DNA from: the human T2T-CHM13v2.0 reference genome, Homo sapiens
Strand: one strand, 5' to 3'
Length of the DNA stretch: 64,000 nt
NCBI RefSeq assembly: GCF_009914755.1
Contig: NC_060943.1
Shown here: positions 1 through 26,905 of the stretch, in pieces
Layout of the letters: every line of letters starts with the position of its first letter
Numbering within the stretch: the stretch's first letter is position 1
Position numbers and translations under genes: made by a program
The notes under the pieces: generated by a model
Told to the model about the DNA's origin: nothing
Databases searched by the model: none
The model's input: only the letters and a program-made list of their open reading frames with translations

Positions 1-374
1 ATGCGTTTCTGATCCCTGTTTTCAAAAAATTGCGAGGAATTATCCATGTAGAAAAAAATTTCCTCAAGATGTTTTATCTTAGCCTGAACTTTTTGCATTC
101 CTGAGCTGGTCTGTACCCTTCACTCTAGAGTAGTGGTAATCTCAGAAATTTAGTAGTATAAAATATTGTTGCCCATAGGTTAAAATCTATTTGCCACCAC
201 TAATTTTTGATTCATGAGCACTGAGTAGCAAAATTAAGGACCTACAAATTTAAAATATTTTCTAAATGTAAGAACTTTCTGTCATTAAATAGTATTTTGG
301 GATGAATTTTCTAGAATATTCTATTACCTCCTCTTTACTAAGCACAGTAATAGGTAGGTAATTAGAGAATATGA

Positions 375-509
<135 letters not shown>

Positions 510-1084
510 TGAGAGTGAATAAAACAGTTGACATAGATGAAAGGTTGGAAGATTACAAAAAAAAAAAAGCAGTCCCTATAATGTGATTTGGGAAGCTGTG
601 TTCCAAAGCAAATAGATTCTGGGAAGCCTGAGGTGTGTGGTTTTTTTGTTTGTTTTCTTTTTGTTGTTGTTACTGTCACATAGGGCCATCTTCTGTCTTA
701 GGCTTTTAAATTCTCTAAGGATTCTACTTTCCCTTCATTGATTTTCCTTCAAGTTCACAGTGAGAGCCAGAGTCCTCTTCATGGCATATAAAAGACTGCA
801 CAATCTGACTGCATTTCCATTGTTTTGGGGGACACACAAATATCTGCATGATTTTGAGAAACTTTATGTTAAACTATTTTTTTAGTTCTCTTTTGCATCA
901 TGTCTAAAATGTGTGAGAGTAGTGGTCACTGTTCTATTGGTTTTTATGTTAATTTTCTGCACATTCCATCTTTTTTTATTAGTATATTCTTGAAATATAG
1001 TCTGAAATTATAAAATATAATGTCTCTCTGCTTTGTTCTTTTTCCTCAAGATTGCTTTGGCTATTCAAAGTTTATTGTAGTTTT

Positions 1085-1362
1085 TTTGTTTTGTTTTGTT
1101 TTTTGTTTTGAGATGGAGTTTCACTCTTGTTGCCCAGGTTGGAGTGCAAAGGCGCCATCTTGGCTCATCGTAACCTCTGCCTCCAGCGATTCTCCTATGT
1201 CAGCCTCCCGAGTAGCTGAGACTACAGGCATGCACCACCATGAGAGTTTTTAGTAAAAACTCATGTTTTTATAAAAAGTTTTATTAAAAAATTGGATTTT
1301 TAGTATACTTGCCTTGGCCTCCCAAAGTGTTGGGATTACAGGCGTGAGCCACTACACCCAGC
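1085..1362 (-). mobile_element. Rearranged Alu with internal non-Alu AT-rich filler
   Basis: Alu ends present, but 1241-1308 replaced by palindromic AT-rich sequence. Confidence 0.85.
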
Positions 1363-1565
1363 CTTTTTTTCTATTTTATACTTTCATTCCATTTTGGTCA
1401 TAGGATGTAATTCATAAAATGTCAAATTTAACAAATTTTTATGACTCCGTTTTTGGCCTAACAGGTGGTCTATCAAAGAGAATGTTGCATAAGCTATTTT
1501 GAAGGATGTGTTTCCTCATATTCTTGAGGACTCTTCTCTATTTCTCTGTTAAAAATAATTGTACA

Positions 1566-1892
<327 letters not shown>

Positions 1893-2028
1893 TTACTAAT
1901 ATTCTGTCTTGTTTTATTTTTATTACAGAAAGTGGGGTATTGAAATTTCCTACTATAATTATATTGCTGTCTAGGTGTTTCTTCCAGTCTGTCAATATTT
2001 GCTTTATATATTTGGAACCTTAGTGTGA

Positions 2029-2076
2029 CATACACACAGACACACAGACGTGCACACACACACACACACACACACA
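2029..2076. repeat. (CA)n microsatellite
   Basis: Visible CA repeat. Confidence 0.9.
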
Positions 2077-3148
2077 AAATTTGTCATAGGTTCCCAGTTA
2101 ATAAATCTATTATTGTTTAATGTCTTTCTTTGTCTCTTTGCAGTTTTGACTTAAAGTACTTTATGTAAGATATGACAGTTTTTGACTTAAGATGTAGCTT
2201 TTGTAATACTATTTTGACCTCTTCTGCTCTCATTTGGTTAATATTTGCATGCAATGTCTAAATCTATCTTGCCACCTTCAGTATGTTTTTAATCATTAGA
2301 TGTCAGCTGACCCTTGTAGAAAGGCAAATTGGATCTTGGTTTTTAATAATTTTAAATAAATTTCTTTATTGAAAGTATGTCTCTTGATTGGAAAGTTTTC
2401 TGAAACAAAGAGACTTACTAATTTTTTTTGTTGTTCTATTTGATTCTTGCATCTTTGTCCCACATTTTCTCTCTTTGTTTCTCTCTGTGGCTGTTTTATT
2501 TTTACTTTGATATGCTTTTACTTCTTTCTTATGTTGTTTTCTGTATCTATACAGGCATATTCTTTGTGGTACGTGGGGGATTACATAAAACCTTTAAGAG
2601 ATACAATGTATTTCAGTCTAGTTAAAAATGAACTTTTGTTGCATGCAAAAATTTTTTCTCATTACATATGTTCTCAGATTTGTTCTTGATGTTGCTAATT
2701 ATATTTTTATATGTATATTTATTAACATGTTTATAATGATTTCTATGCCTTTATCTTTCAAATTTTGGGGAATAATTAAAAATTTCTTCTGTGCCATTAT
2801 GATAATGCTAAGAAATGTATTTTTGTGTATGTGCGTATCTTTCCCAGAAAATAATGTGTTTTAATATGATTTTGTGTTGCTTTGTTAAATCATCTTATTT
2901 TCATTGGAAGCAACTGTTTTCAGCACCTTTTATATGTAAGGAAGTACCAATATACTTTTTAAAATTTGGTTATTTTTGAAGTTTGTTTTCTTTTTATTTA
3001 GCAGGACAGATTTGGTGATGGTATTATACTCACTTGATAACTATTTTCTTCAGATTTCACTATATCACACAGTTTTCTTCTGTCCTGAAAAATTTTTGTT
3101 GAGAATCCACTGGCTATCTCATAAGAGTATTCTTGCAAATAATATCAC

Positions 3149-3438
3149 TTTTTTTTTTTTTTTTTTGAGATGGAGTTTCACTGTTGTTCCCCAGGCCGGA
3201 GTGAAATGGCGCGATTTCACCTCGCTGTGTCCCAGGTTCAAGCAGTTCTCCTACCTCAGCCTCCCGAGTAGCTGGGATTACGGGCATATGCCACCACACC
3301 CAGCTAAGTTTGTATTTTTAGTAGAGACAGGGTTTCTCCATGTTGGTCAGGCTAGTCTCGATCTCCTGACCTCAGGTGATTCACCCACCTCAGCTTCCCA
3401 AAGTGCCGGGATTACAAGCTTGAGCTACCGCGCCCAGC
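3149..3438 (-). mobile_element. AluS shared with the ZNF493 paralogue (45293-45586)
   Basis: Same flanks (gcaaataa / ccaacacatcactttt) in both copies. Confidence 0.85.
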
Positions 3439-4241
3439 CAACACATCACTTTTATCTTGCAGCTCCCGAGATTCTCTTTTCTGTGACTTTTAAAATTGTG
3501 CTTACATATGTGTTTGATATAAATATCTTTGTATTCTAGTTTGTTTGTTCAGCTTCTTCATTTTTACATCACTTTTTAAAAGATTTCTGTTATTTTTTAT
3601 ATTTTTTACCTCCATAATTTCTGTTTTTCCAATATTTTAAATATTTCTGTTCTTATTTCCAGTTTTCTGATTTTCTGTAGTTCTCTGTGTTCATATTTTA
3701 CTCATTGAGTATTCAATTTATTTTGTTTTTAAAATTAATGTATACATTTTTTATTTCTTTCTGAAAAATTTATAATAATTTTGTTGGTACTACATTGCCC
3801 TGTTTTGTATATATTCTAATCTTTTATTAAAATTTGCACATTAAAAAAATGTTACCTGTCCCAGTCTTTGTAATGTGGCTTTCTCCTGGCATACTTTGAA
3901 CAGTTGTCTGGGTTAGAGATTCTGAGAGTCTCTCAGACATATTCTTACAATGTGTCTTGCCTGAAATTTTGTGTTTATTTTTTAGTTAAAGGAAATTATT
4001 CATCTTCTTTGTTAATACTCAGTAATCACTCACTGCACCTGTTTTCTTTCTGTGGTCCTGCAGTCTCTTCACTGCTTTAACATTTACCTTTGATCTCAGC
4101 AGACACAAACTGTCATTCCAAATTATACCACCATTTCTTTCAGCACTATATGTCATGGGTGACAGAAACCAGTGTCTTCAAAGGCGCCTACAAGCAAGCA
4201 ATAAAGATACATGAGCCAGTATTTTACTTGTGTTTTTTAAA

Positions 4242-6542
<2,301 letters not shown>

Positions 6543-6589
6543 TACTTGTGTTTTTTAAAATACATATATAAAATGTTGGCAATTTACTT

Positions 6590-7076
<487 letters not shown>

Positions 7077-7341
7077 CAATTTACTTCTAAAGGCATTATG
7101 TTATATCGGGGAGCAGGAACAGCTGTGTTGGGTAAATGTAACAAACTTTTTTTTCTTCTGTGTGACTTTTTGCATTGTGCTCACTTGGGGTACTTTAAAC
7201 ATTTAGTTCATTTATAATTTTTTCTCAGATGTATTTTCGTTAGTATGTTTTTGTTACATATATATGTCTATAAAAAATTAGGGCCTTTGGTATTTTGCTA
7301 TATCATCTTGTATATGTAGTTTGTATAATGTCATAGTTTAG

Positions 7342-9151
<1,810 letters not shown>

Positions 9152-9154
9152 TAA

Positions 9155-9451
<297 letters not shown>

Positions 9452-9454
9452 TAA

Positions 9455-10337
<883 letters not shown>

Positions 10338-10340
10338 TGA

Positions 10341-10451
<111 letters not shown>

Positions 10452-10610
10452 TAGCAGAGAGAAATCCTACAAATATGAAGAATGTCACAAAGCTTTTAAC
10501 CACTTCTCAACCCTGATGACACATAAGGTAATTCGTGCTGGAGAGAAACCCTACAAATATGAAGAATATCTCAAAACTTTTTATAGATTCTCATACCTTA
10601 TTAAACATAA

Positions 10611-10721
<111 letters not shown>

Positions 10722-10832
10722 TGAGGAATGTGGCAAAGCCTTTAATGGTCCCCTCAACTTTCTGCACATAAGATAATTTATACTGTGGAGAAGCCTTACA
10801 AATGTGAAAAATGTAGCAAACCTTTTAACTAA

Positions 10833-10955
<123 letters not shown>

Positions 10956-10958
10956 TAG

Positions 10959-11200
<242 letters not shown>

Positions 11201-11242
11201 TAACCTTATGAGTGTGAAAAATATGGCAAAAGCTTTAACTAG

Positions 11243-12263
<1,021 letters not shown>

Positions 12264-13441
12264 TAACCCTTTAAAGTGAAGAAGAGAATTTATATTGAAG
12301 ATGGACATTACAAACATAAAGAGGGTTGTAGTACCTTTACTTGAATCAAATTTTATTGTACACATTTTGTACTAGAGGAAAACTCTGAAGCAGTTGCTCA
12401 AGCTTTGTTCAACATTAGGGCACTTATATTGGAAAAGTGTCTTGCAGATATAATAAATGTGGAAAAACACTTTTTCAAAAACTACATCAGAAAACACCAG
12501 AGTTTATACTGAAGAATATTTTTGAAGATGCACTAAAAATGAAAAAATATTTAATCCAAATTAGGGCTATGTAAATATCAGAATTTATAATAGAAATATA
12601 TAAGGAACTGACACTGCAGATATACTAAGTCAAGAGTTCTGAGTATAGAAAATAATCTAAAACTAAAGTTGATAGAAAAAGTATTTGTATATAAATTTAA
12701 GAGGAGTAAAAGATTTTTTGCAGAGTAATAACTACATTCTAAGTATACTTTATTTCTTGAAAAAATTACAGACTTTGAAAGCAAATGATGTAATTCAACA
12801 CTCATTTTCTGGTGTTTCTTCATTCTTATTCACTTGTGAAAGCATGTGATAATTGTTGCATCAAAGGTATGAGAGATTCTTTTCCATTAGGTGGGCATTT
12901 ATGATCTTTTCTATGGACAAGTAAGGACATTAGAATGTAAGATGCATGATGAAAAAGTGGAGAGGTTCTTTGTGGTTAACTTATACTCTTGAGTGATATA
13001 TGAGGTAGGTGTTAAGAGTATTGTTCTTTTGCATTATGAGAAAACTAGTAGTATATTATTAGTATATTATTGTACTAATTGTACTTTTATATAATAAAAT
13101 GCAGCACATTTTTAAAATTTTACATTATGTGTGAAGTTAATGGTTTCAACATTTTTAACATGTTAATCTCTTGCCAGTGGCTTTAAAGTATAGATAAATT
13201 AAATAATAATATTCCTGTTGGGTAAATATTTATTCTTATTTTAATCAATTAAATTTATTTTTCTTAATTTTTGTGGGTATATGAGTATATATACTTATGC
13301 CATATATGGCATATTTTGATACACAAATATAATACATAATAATCATGTGCTAAATGTGGTATCCGTCACCTCTAGCATTTATCCTTTGTATTACTGACAA
13401 TCGAATTCTACACTTTTACTTATTTTAAAATGTACAATTAT

Positions 13442-13725
<284 letters not shown>

Positions 13726-14181
13726 GAGAAAGAAAGAAAGAGAGAGAGGAAGGAAGGGAAGAAAGAAAGAATTGGTCTCTACTCTTATGAAACTTTCAGT
13801 ATAATTTCATAAAATCCTCATGCATTCCTGAGAAGTGGATACCTCTGAAGTTTCCTAAAGCCCTACTAACCCAAAGTAACCAGTATCTGAATTTTGTATT
13901 ATCATTTACTTTATGCAATTTTATCTATAAACAATATACGTTTCAGTGTTGCCAGATTTTTGGCTCTAGATAAATTCTACAATTTTTCATCTGTGACTTG
14001 CTTTTTTATTTACAATTGTTTCCTTCTATTTTTCCATGTTGCTTTGCATAGCTACAGTTGTCCATTTCACTGCTGCATAGGGTGAATATACATCAATTTT
14101 TAAACCAATTCTATAGCCAGTGGTTATTTGTGAATTCCAATTACTCTATATTTTACCAACTCTTGGAATTACTAGACATAT

Positions 14182-14892
14182 TGAGGGGTGAAGCCAGCTG
14201 GACTTCCTGGGTCAAATGGGGACTTGGAGAACTTTTCTGTATAGCTAAAGGATTGTAAATGCACCAGTCAGCACTCTGTAAAAATGCACCAATTAGCACT
14301 CTATGTCTAGCTAAAGGATTGCAAACACACCAATCAGCACTCTGTAAAAATGCACCCATCAGCACTCTGTGTCTAGCTAAAGGATTGTAAATGCACCAAT
14401 CAGCACTCTGTAAAAACCCACCAATCAGCACTCTGCGTCTAGCTAAAGGATTGTAAACACACCAATCAGCACTCTGTAAAATGGACCAATTGGTGCTCTG
14501 TAAAATGGCCCAATCAGCAGTACGTGGGCAGGGCCAAATAAGGGAATAAAAGCTGGCCACCAGGAGCCAGCAGCAGCAACCTGCTTGGGTCCCCTTCCAT
14601 GCTGTGGAAGCTTTGTTCTTTCACTCCTCACTATAAATCTTGCTGCTGCTCACTCTTTGGGTCTGCACCACCTTTAAGAGCTGTAACACTCACCACGAAT
14701 GTCCACAGCTTCATTCTTGAAGTCACCTAGACCACAAACCCACCAGAAGGAAGAAACTCTGGACACATTGGAAGGAACAAACTCCAGACACACCATCTTT
14801 AAGAGCTGTAACACTCACTGCAAAGGTCTGCGGCTTCATTCTTGAAGTCAGCGAGACCAAGAATCCACCAGATGGAATAAATTCTGGGCACA
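14182..14892 (+). mobile_element. Solo LTR12 (ERV9) with tandem CCAAT repeats
   Basis: TG...CA termini, tgaggggtgaagccagctggacttcctggg start, repeated caccaatcagcactctg/ctagctaaaggattgtaaa units, 4-bp TSD atat (14178-14181, 14893-14896). Confidence 0.93.
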
Positions 14893-15605
14893 ATATTTTT
14901 TGACAAAGTGGAGAATCAGAATGGTATATCATTTATAGTTTTAATTAGCATTTCTATAGTTACTAATGAAGTTAGCATTTTTAGAAGTTAATTGGTCAAT
15001 TGTGCTTTAAGATGTGCCATCTGTCTATTTTTAATGTATTTCATTTCTTTTTGTATTCATACTCTATAAGGTATATTGTCTAAATACTAATTTTTTGTAA
15101 TATGCGTTTTTGTAGATTTTTGTCCTAGTTATGATTTGCCTTTCCACCATCTATATTTAAACATGTTTTTATAAGTTCTTAATCAAAAATTCTTAGAATT
15201 TGGTCTAATTTATAATGTGCCATGTTTAAGACATTGTTTTACCCCACTGTTATAACAACAATAATATCCTGTATTTTCTCCTAAAAGTTTTAAATTCTCA
15301 ATCTATGTGAAAAATTGTTGTGTCAGTTGCTGTGCAGGAATCCAATCTACCCAGCTAGAACCAATTGTTTAGGTACTAGCTTATTGACTTGTTCTACTTT
15401 GCCAGTATTACTGTAATACTGAGCTCTCATTTTAATCTATTGGCTGGGACCATAGATGCAATATTTAATAAAAATGTTGATAGCAGCATCCTTATAATGT
15501 TTATGACATCAAAAGACAAGTTTTCATGGTTTATCATGTACATTTGCTGTAGTACATTTTAGATACCTTCTATATTTAGAAAATAAAATTTCCTTTTATT
15601 TTTAG

Positions 15606-21285
<5,680 letters not shown>

Positions 21286-21519
21286 TGGCTCCTTTTAAAA
21301 ATCTCAGGCTGCTAGTTCAAAGGACTAGGAGCCAGGAAGGTCATAAAAGCTGAAATTTTAAAATAATTATTTTTTTAAATTTGTGAATAGCCATATATTA
21401 TTTATAAGTGCTTATGACCTTATACACAAGGTTAAGGGAAAATACCCTCTAAGGTGTGCCTGGCTCAGCTCAGGGAGGAAGCCCTGCCTGAAAAGGCTGC
21501 AGCCTAGGCTATCACTCTT

Positions 21520-22150
21520 TCTTCACTCCGCCCAGCATTTGGTCATATCTTCTGTCACTCAGGGCCTGAAGGGGCGGGCCCTTAAACCGTATCCAATCAG
21601 ACACGCAGAACTGGGAACCGTCCAATTAGGCACACATTTGGAGCGGCGAGGACGGCTTCCGGGATGTGGCTGGGCCATTGTTTCTCTCTGCTGCCGGAGC
21701 TCCAGGTCTACCCTTCACTGCTCTGTGTCCTCAGCGTGTGTGGCTTCGTGACCTGAAGATACTGGGAAATCCATAGCTAAGATGCCAGGACCCCCTGAAA
21801 GCCTAGACATGGTGAGAGTGCTGGGTCCGACATCACGAGAGAGGGGAAGGAGTTGCTCGGAACCGGTGGGAAGTGGCTGTGGCGGGACTCAGGCCTCCCC
21901 GCAGTCAGCTCCACAATCTGCTCCCTGAGTTCTCCTTGCCCAGCTCGGCCTCAGTCTCCTTCAGCCGTAAGTTGGCGGCTGCGCCAACAGCCGGGGCCCC
22001 GGGCGTCCTGTCTCTTCCCTGCACTGTGACTGTGCCCTGCCTGGAGTCCTCTCTGGCAGTTCTGCACCCGCAGCGCCGCGTCTTTCTCAGATTGTGCGGG
22101 GACCACGGGAGGGTCATCAGGGGAGAATCCTGACTTGGGGTGCGGGTTCA
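21520..22150 (+). promoter_or_regulatory. ZNF493: ZNF493 CpG-rich promoter and exon 1 region
   Basis: GC box ggggcggg near 21571, CCAAT boxes near 21593 and 21622, local CpG enrichment, typical ZNF91-family 5'UTR. Confidence 0.85.
21782..21811 (+). CDS. ZNF493: ZNF493 coding exon 1 (MPGPPESLDM)
   Basis: aagATGCCA...GACATG|gtgag donor. Confidence 0.9.
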
Positions 22151-23154
22151 TGAATGGGAAGAGCTTTGGTCCGTGGGGTTCCCAGTTGCTATTTTCTCCT
22201 ATTAAAAATTTATGGGCGTCACTGCAAAAATATTAAAGAATGTAATCAAAGAGTGGTTCTAGAATTGTAGAGCACCCAGCTATGGTTTGTAGTTTGTGGT
22301 CTGTGGGAGAGGCTTGAAGGAAAGTCTTTTATAAAATGCATGATGAAGAAACCAAATTTACTAATTGGTTAGGTACAGTTACATGGTTTCTTAATATGTG
22401 CGTTAAAGGTGAAAATTTCCTGGTTATGTAATCAGAGCTTAATTGGCAGTTTACAGTTGCTGAAGCCTGAATTTTGTTTCTCTGAATGTAGTAATTAAAA
22501 ATAATGCACCTGAGTTAGATTTTTTTTTTAAAGTAAGAATTCAGGGACTAGAAATACCTCAGTCTAATTGCCTGCCACTTAATTATTTTCACACTCCACA
22601 GGGAACTGATTTTCTGCTGTATTTTTCACCTGTGTCCCAAGCAGAGTCTTGGAACCAATCCCCCATTTCTCCGGCCTCACTCTGGCTTGCAGTAAGATAA
22701 TTTCCAGTTTCCTCTGACGTTCCTAAATGCCACCTTTTCCTCCCTAATTCACATTATCGCCTATTTGTCTTTTACTGTACTTTTTTATACCATATTTTAA
22801 TTATTTTTTTGGCAAAGCATTAAATGGTTAAATGGTGCATTTAAAGAGATTTGTTATCTGTTTGTAAATATTTCCCATGAAAAGAAGGCAAATAATAATA
22901 CCCTGACACTGCATTGTAGTAAATCTCTGTCTCTTTTGCTTTCATCTTGTCTAGGCACAGAGATGTTACCAGAATGTTTTTGGGTCGAAGTTCTCCTTTG
23001 GAAAATCTATGGGGTGATGTGTCCTCAGCCACCCTTTGGTTTTTTCCTGGTCATGGGTTTCAGTACTATCTGGGGATAAACCAAGATAACTGCCATGGTT
23101 ATGTTAGCTAGAGTGTCCATTGGATCTCAGCTTCTGGTTTATTTTCTCCCATAA

Positions 23155-23247
23155 GATGACCTGAGGTATGGAGTGTATCCTCTCAAGGGAGCAAGTGGAT
23201 ATTCTGGGGCTGAGGGGAATCTTCCGGTGTACTCTTATTTTGAAACG
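23155..23247 (+). pseudogene. Dormant homologue of the 93-nt N-terminal exon used by ZNF431/ZNF738-type genes
   Basis: Open frame [31 protein letters not shown]; splice AG and GT each shifted 1 nt. Confidence 0.7.
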
Positions 23248-23614
23248 GGTAACCCTTTGAAATGTTAAAATTGCCTTCCCTCAACCAGGCTTCCATTTCT
23301 TGGAGACAAATTGCTGGTCAGCCAATCAGATGCTGGTAATGAGGGGAAAACACAGAAATAATTTCTGCCCCCTGGATTCTCTAAGGGGGCAGAAAAATAG
23401 TGAAATTAATATAGTAAAAGAAAAAGAGTAAAAAAAAAAAAGTGAAAAATTTGTGGCCCAAAAAATAGTATCCCAAAAGACAAACAACAAGAACAAAAAC
23501 AAAACTGACTCCAGTGAGATGGTGTAAGAGCTTGCAAAGTAAAACGCAACTGGGACAGTCACCAAGAAATACTGCAGTGTCTCCTGAATGGGTGGTTCTT
23601 GAGCACACAAGTGA

Positions 23615-23884
<270 letters not shown>

Positions 23885-24736
23885 TAGTAGAGACAGGGTT
23901 CCACCGTGTTAGGCAGGCTGGTCTCAATCTCCTGACCTCATAATCCATCCGCCTCGGCCTCCCAAAGTGCTGGGATTACAGGTGTGAGCCACCATGCCCG
24001 GCCCACATCTGTTATTTAACCAGCACTGCCACTCCTGGATTTGTCACCTTGAAGAGATTTGTTCACTTATTTTGACCTCAGTTTTTTAGCTGTAAATTGC
24101 ATTATATTAGTAGGACTTGAAAAGGTAGAAAAATATTTACAAAGGGCATAAAAGATTTGGGTTTCAAAAAATTATATCTAATCATATATGTCATTTGTTA
24201 AAAATTCTCATGTACCTTTTTCTTTCCCAGAGTGAGTTTTTGAATTTTCTCAGGTGTGTTTTTTTTATAGCTGGGTGATTTCAAACAGAATTTCAAGGCT
24301 TAGCTTTTAGAGTGCTGCCAAGAAAAAGGAGAGAAAAAATCTCCATTTCATTTTTGCTGTAGAAAATGAATACATTTCCATGAGAAAATGCGGTAGGTAA
24401 TTGGTGAGTTACGTAGATTCATAAAAACGTAAGTTCCTTTTTTTGCAAGGTAAATTTTTGACAGTGAATATCTCTGTTCAAATCCTGTTATCTTGATTTG
24501 TGAGTTTCATGCTAAATATTATGAGATGAAACTTGATACTGCCTGGAAGTGTTTTCATATGACTCATTGTTAACTGCATGATTTTTAGTGGAATTAATAG
24601 AATAAGACATTTATTTTCTAAAAGAAATAGATACTTTTGCTTTTCTTATTAAGGTATACAATATAAGCAACTTGGCCGGGCGCGGTGGCTCATGCCTGTA
24701 ATCCCAGCACTTTGAGAGTCTGAGGCGAGTAGATCA

Positions 24737-24973
<237 letters not shown>

Positions 24974-25344
24974 TTAAAATTTTTTTTCCCGTATGTGAAC
25001 ACTGTGTTTCAGTAATTTTGCTGAATTTTTTAAATACTTAATTTCAAAAACCAAGTGAGTAACTCTAACGTGAAAATTAAAGGTTGAGCCCAGTGACTCA
25101 GAGCTAAGGCTAATACTGAGCCTGCAAAAGGAGTTTATTAAAGGCCTAGTTAGTTTTTTTTCTGGAGAGCCTCCCCTGCAGATGTTCCAGCCTGCTCACT
25201 CCAGCCATGGAAGAAGCCTTTCTGCTGACAGAAGCTACAGAGTCCTGGAAAGCTACAGGCAGATGCAGTTAAGGTTAAGATAAAAGGGGACAGGGAGGGT
25301 CATACTGACCATGTAGTTGTTATTGTACATCAGGGATGCTATGA

Positions 25345-26905
<1,561 letters not shown>

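Noticed and set aside
14250-14520. Regularly spaced repeats resembling a CRISPR array
   Set aside because: LTR12 enhancer tandem repeats with no unique spacers, in a human context.
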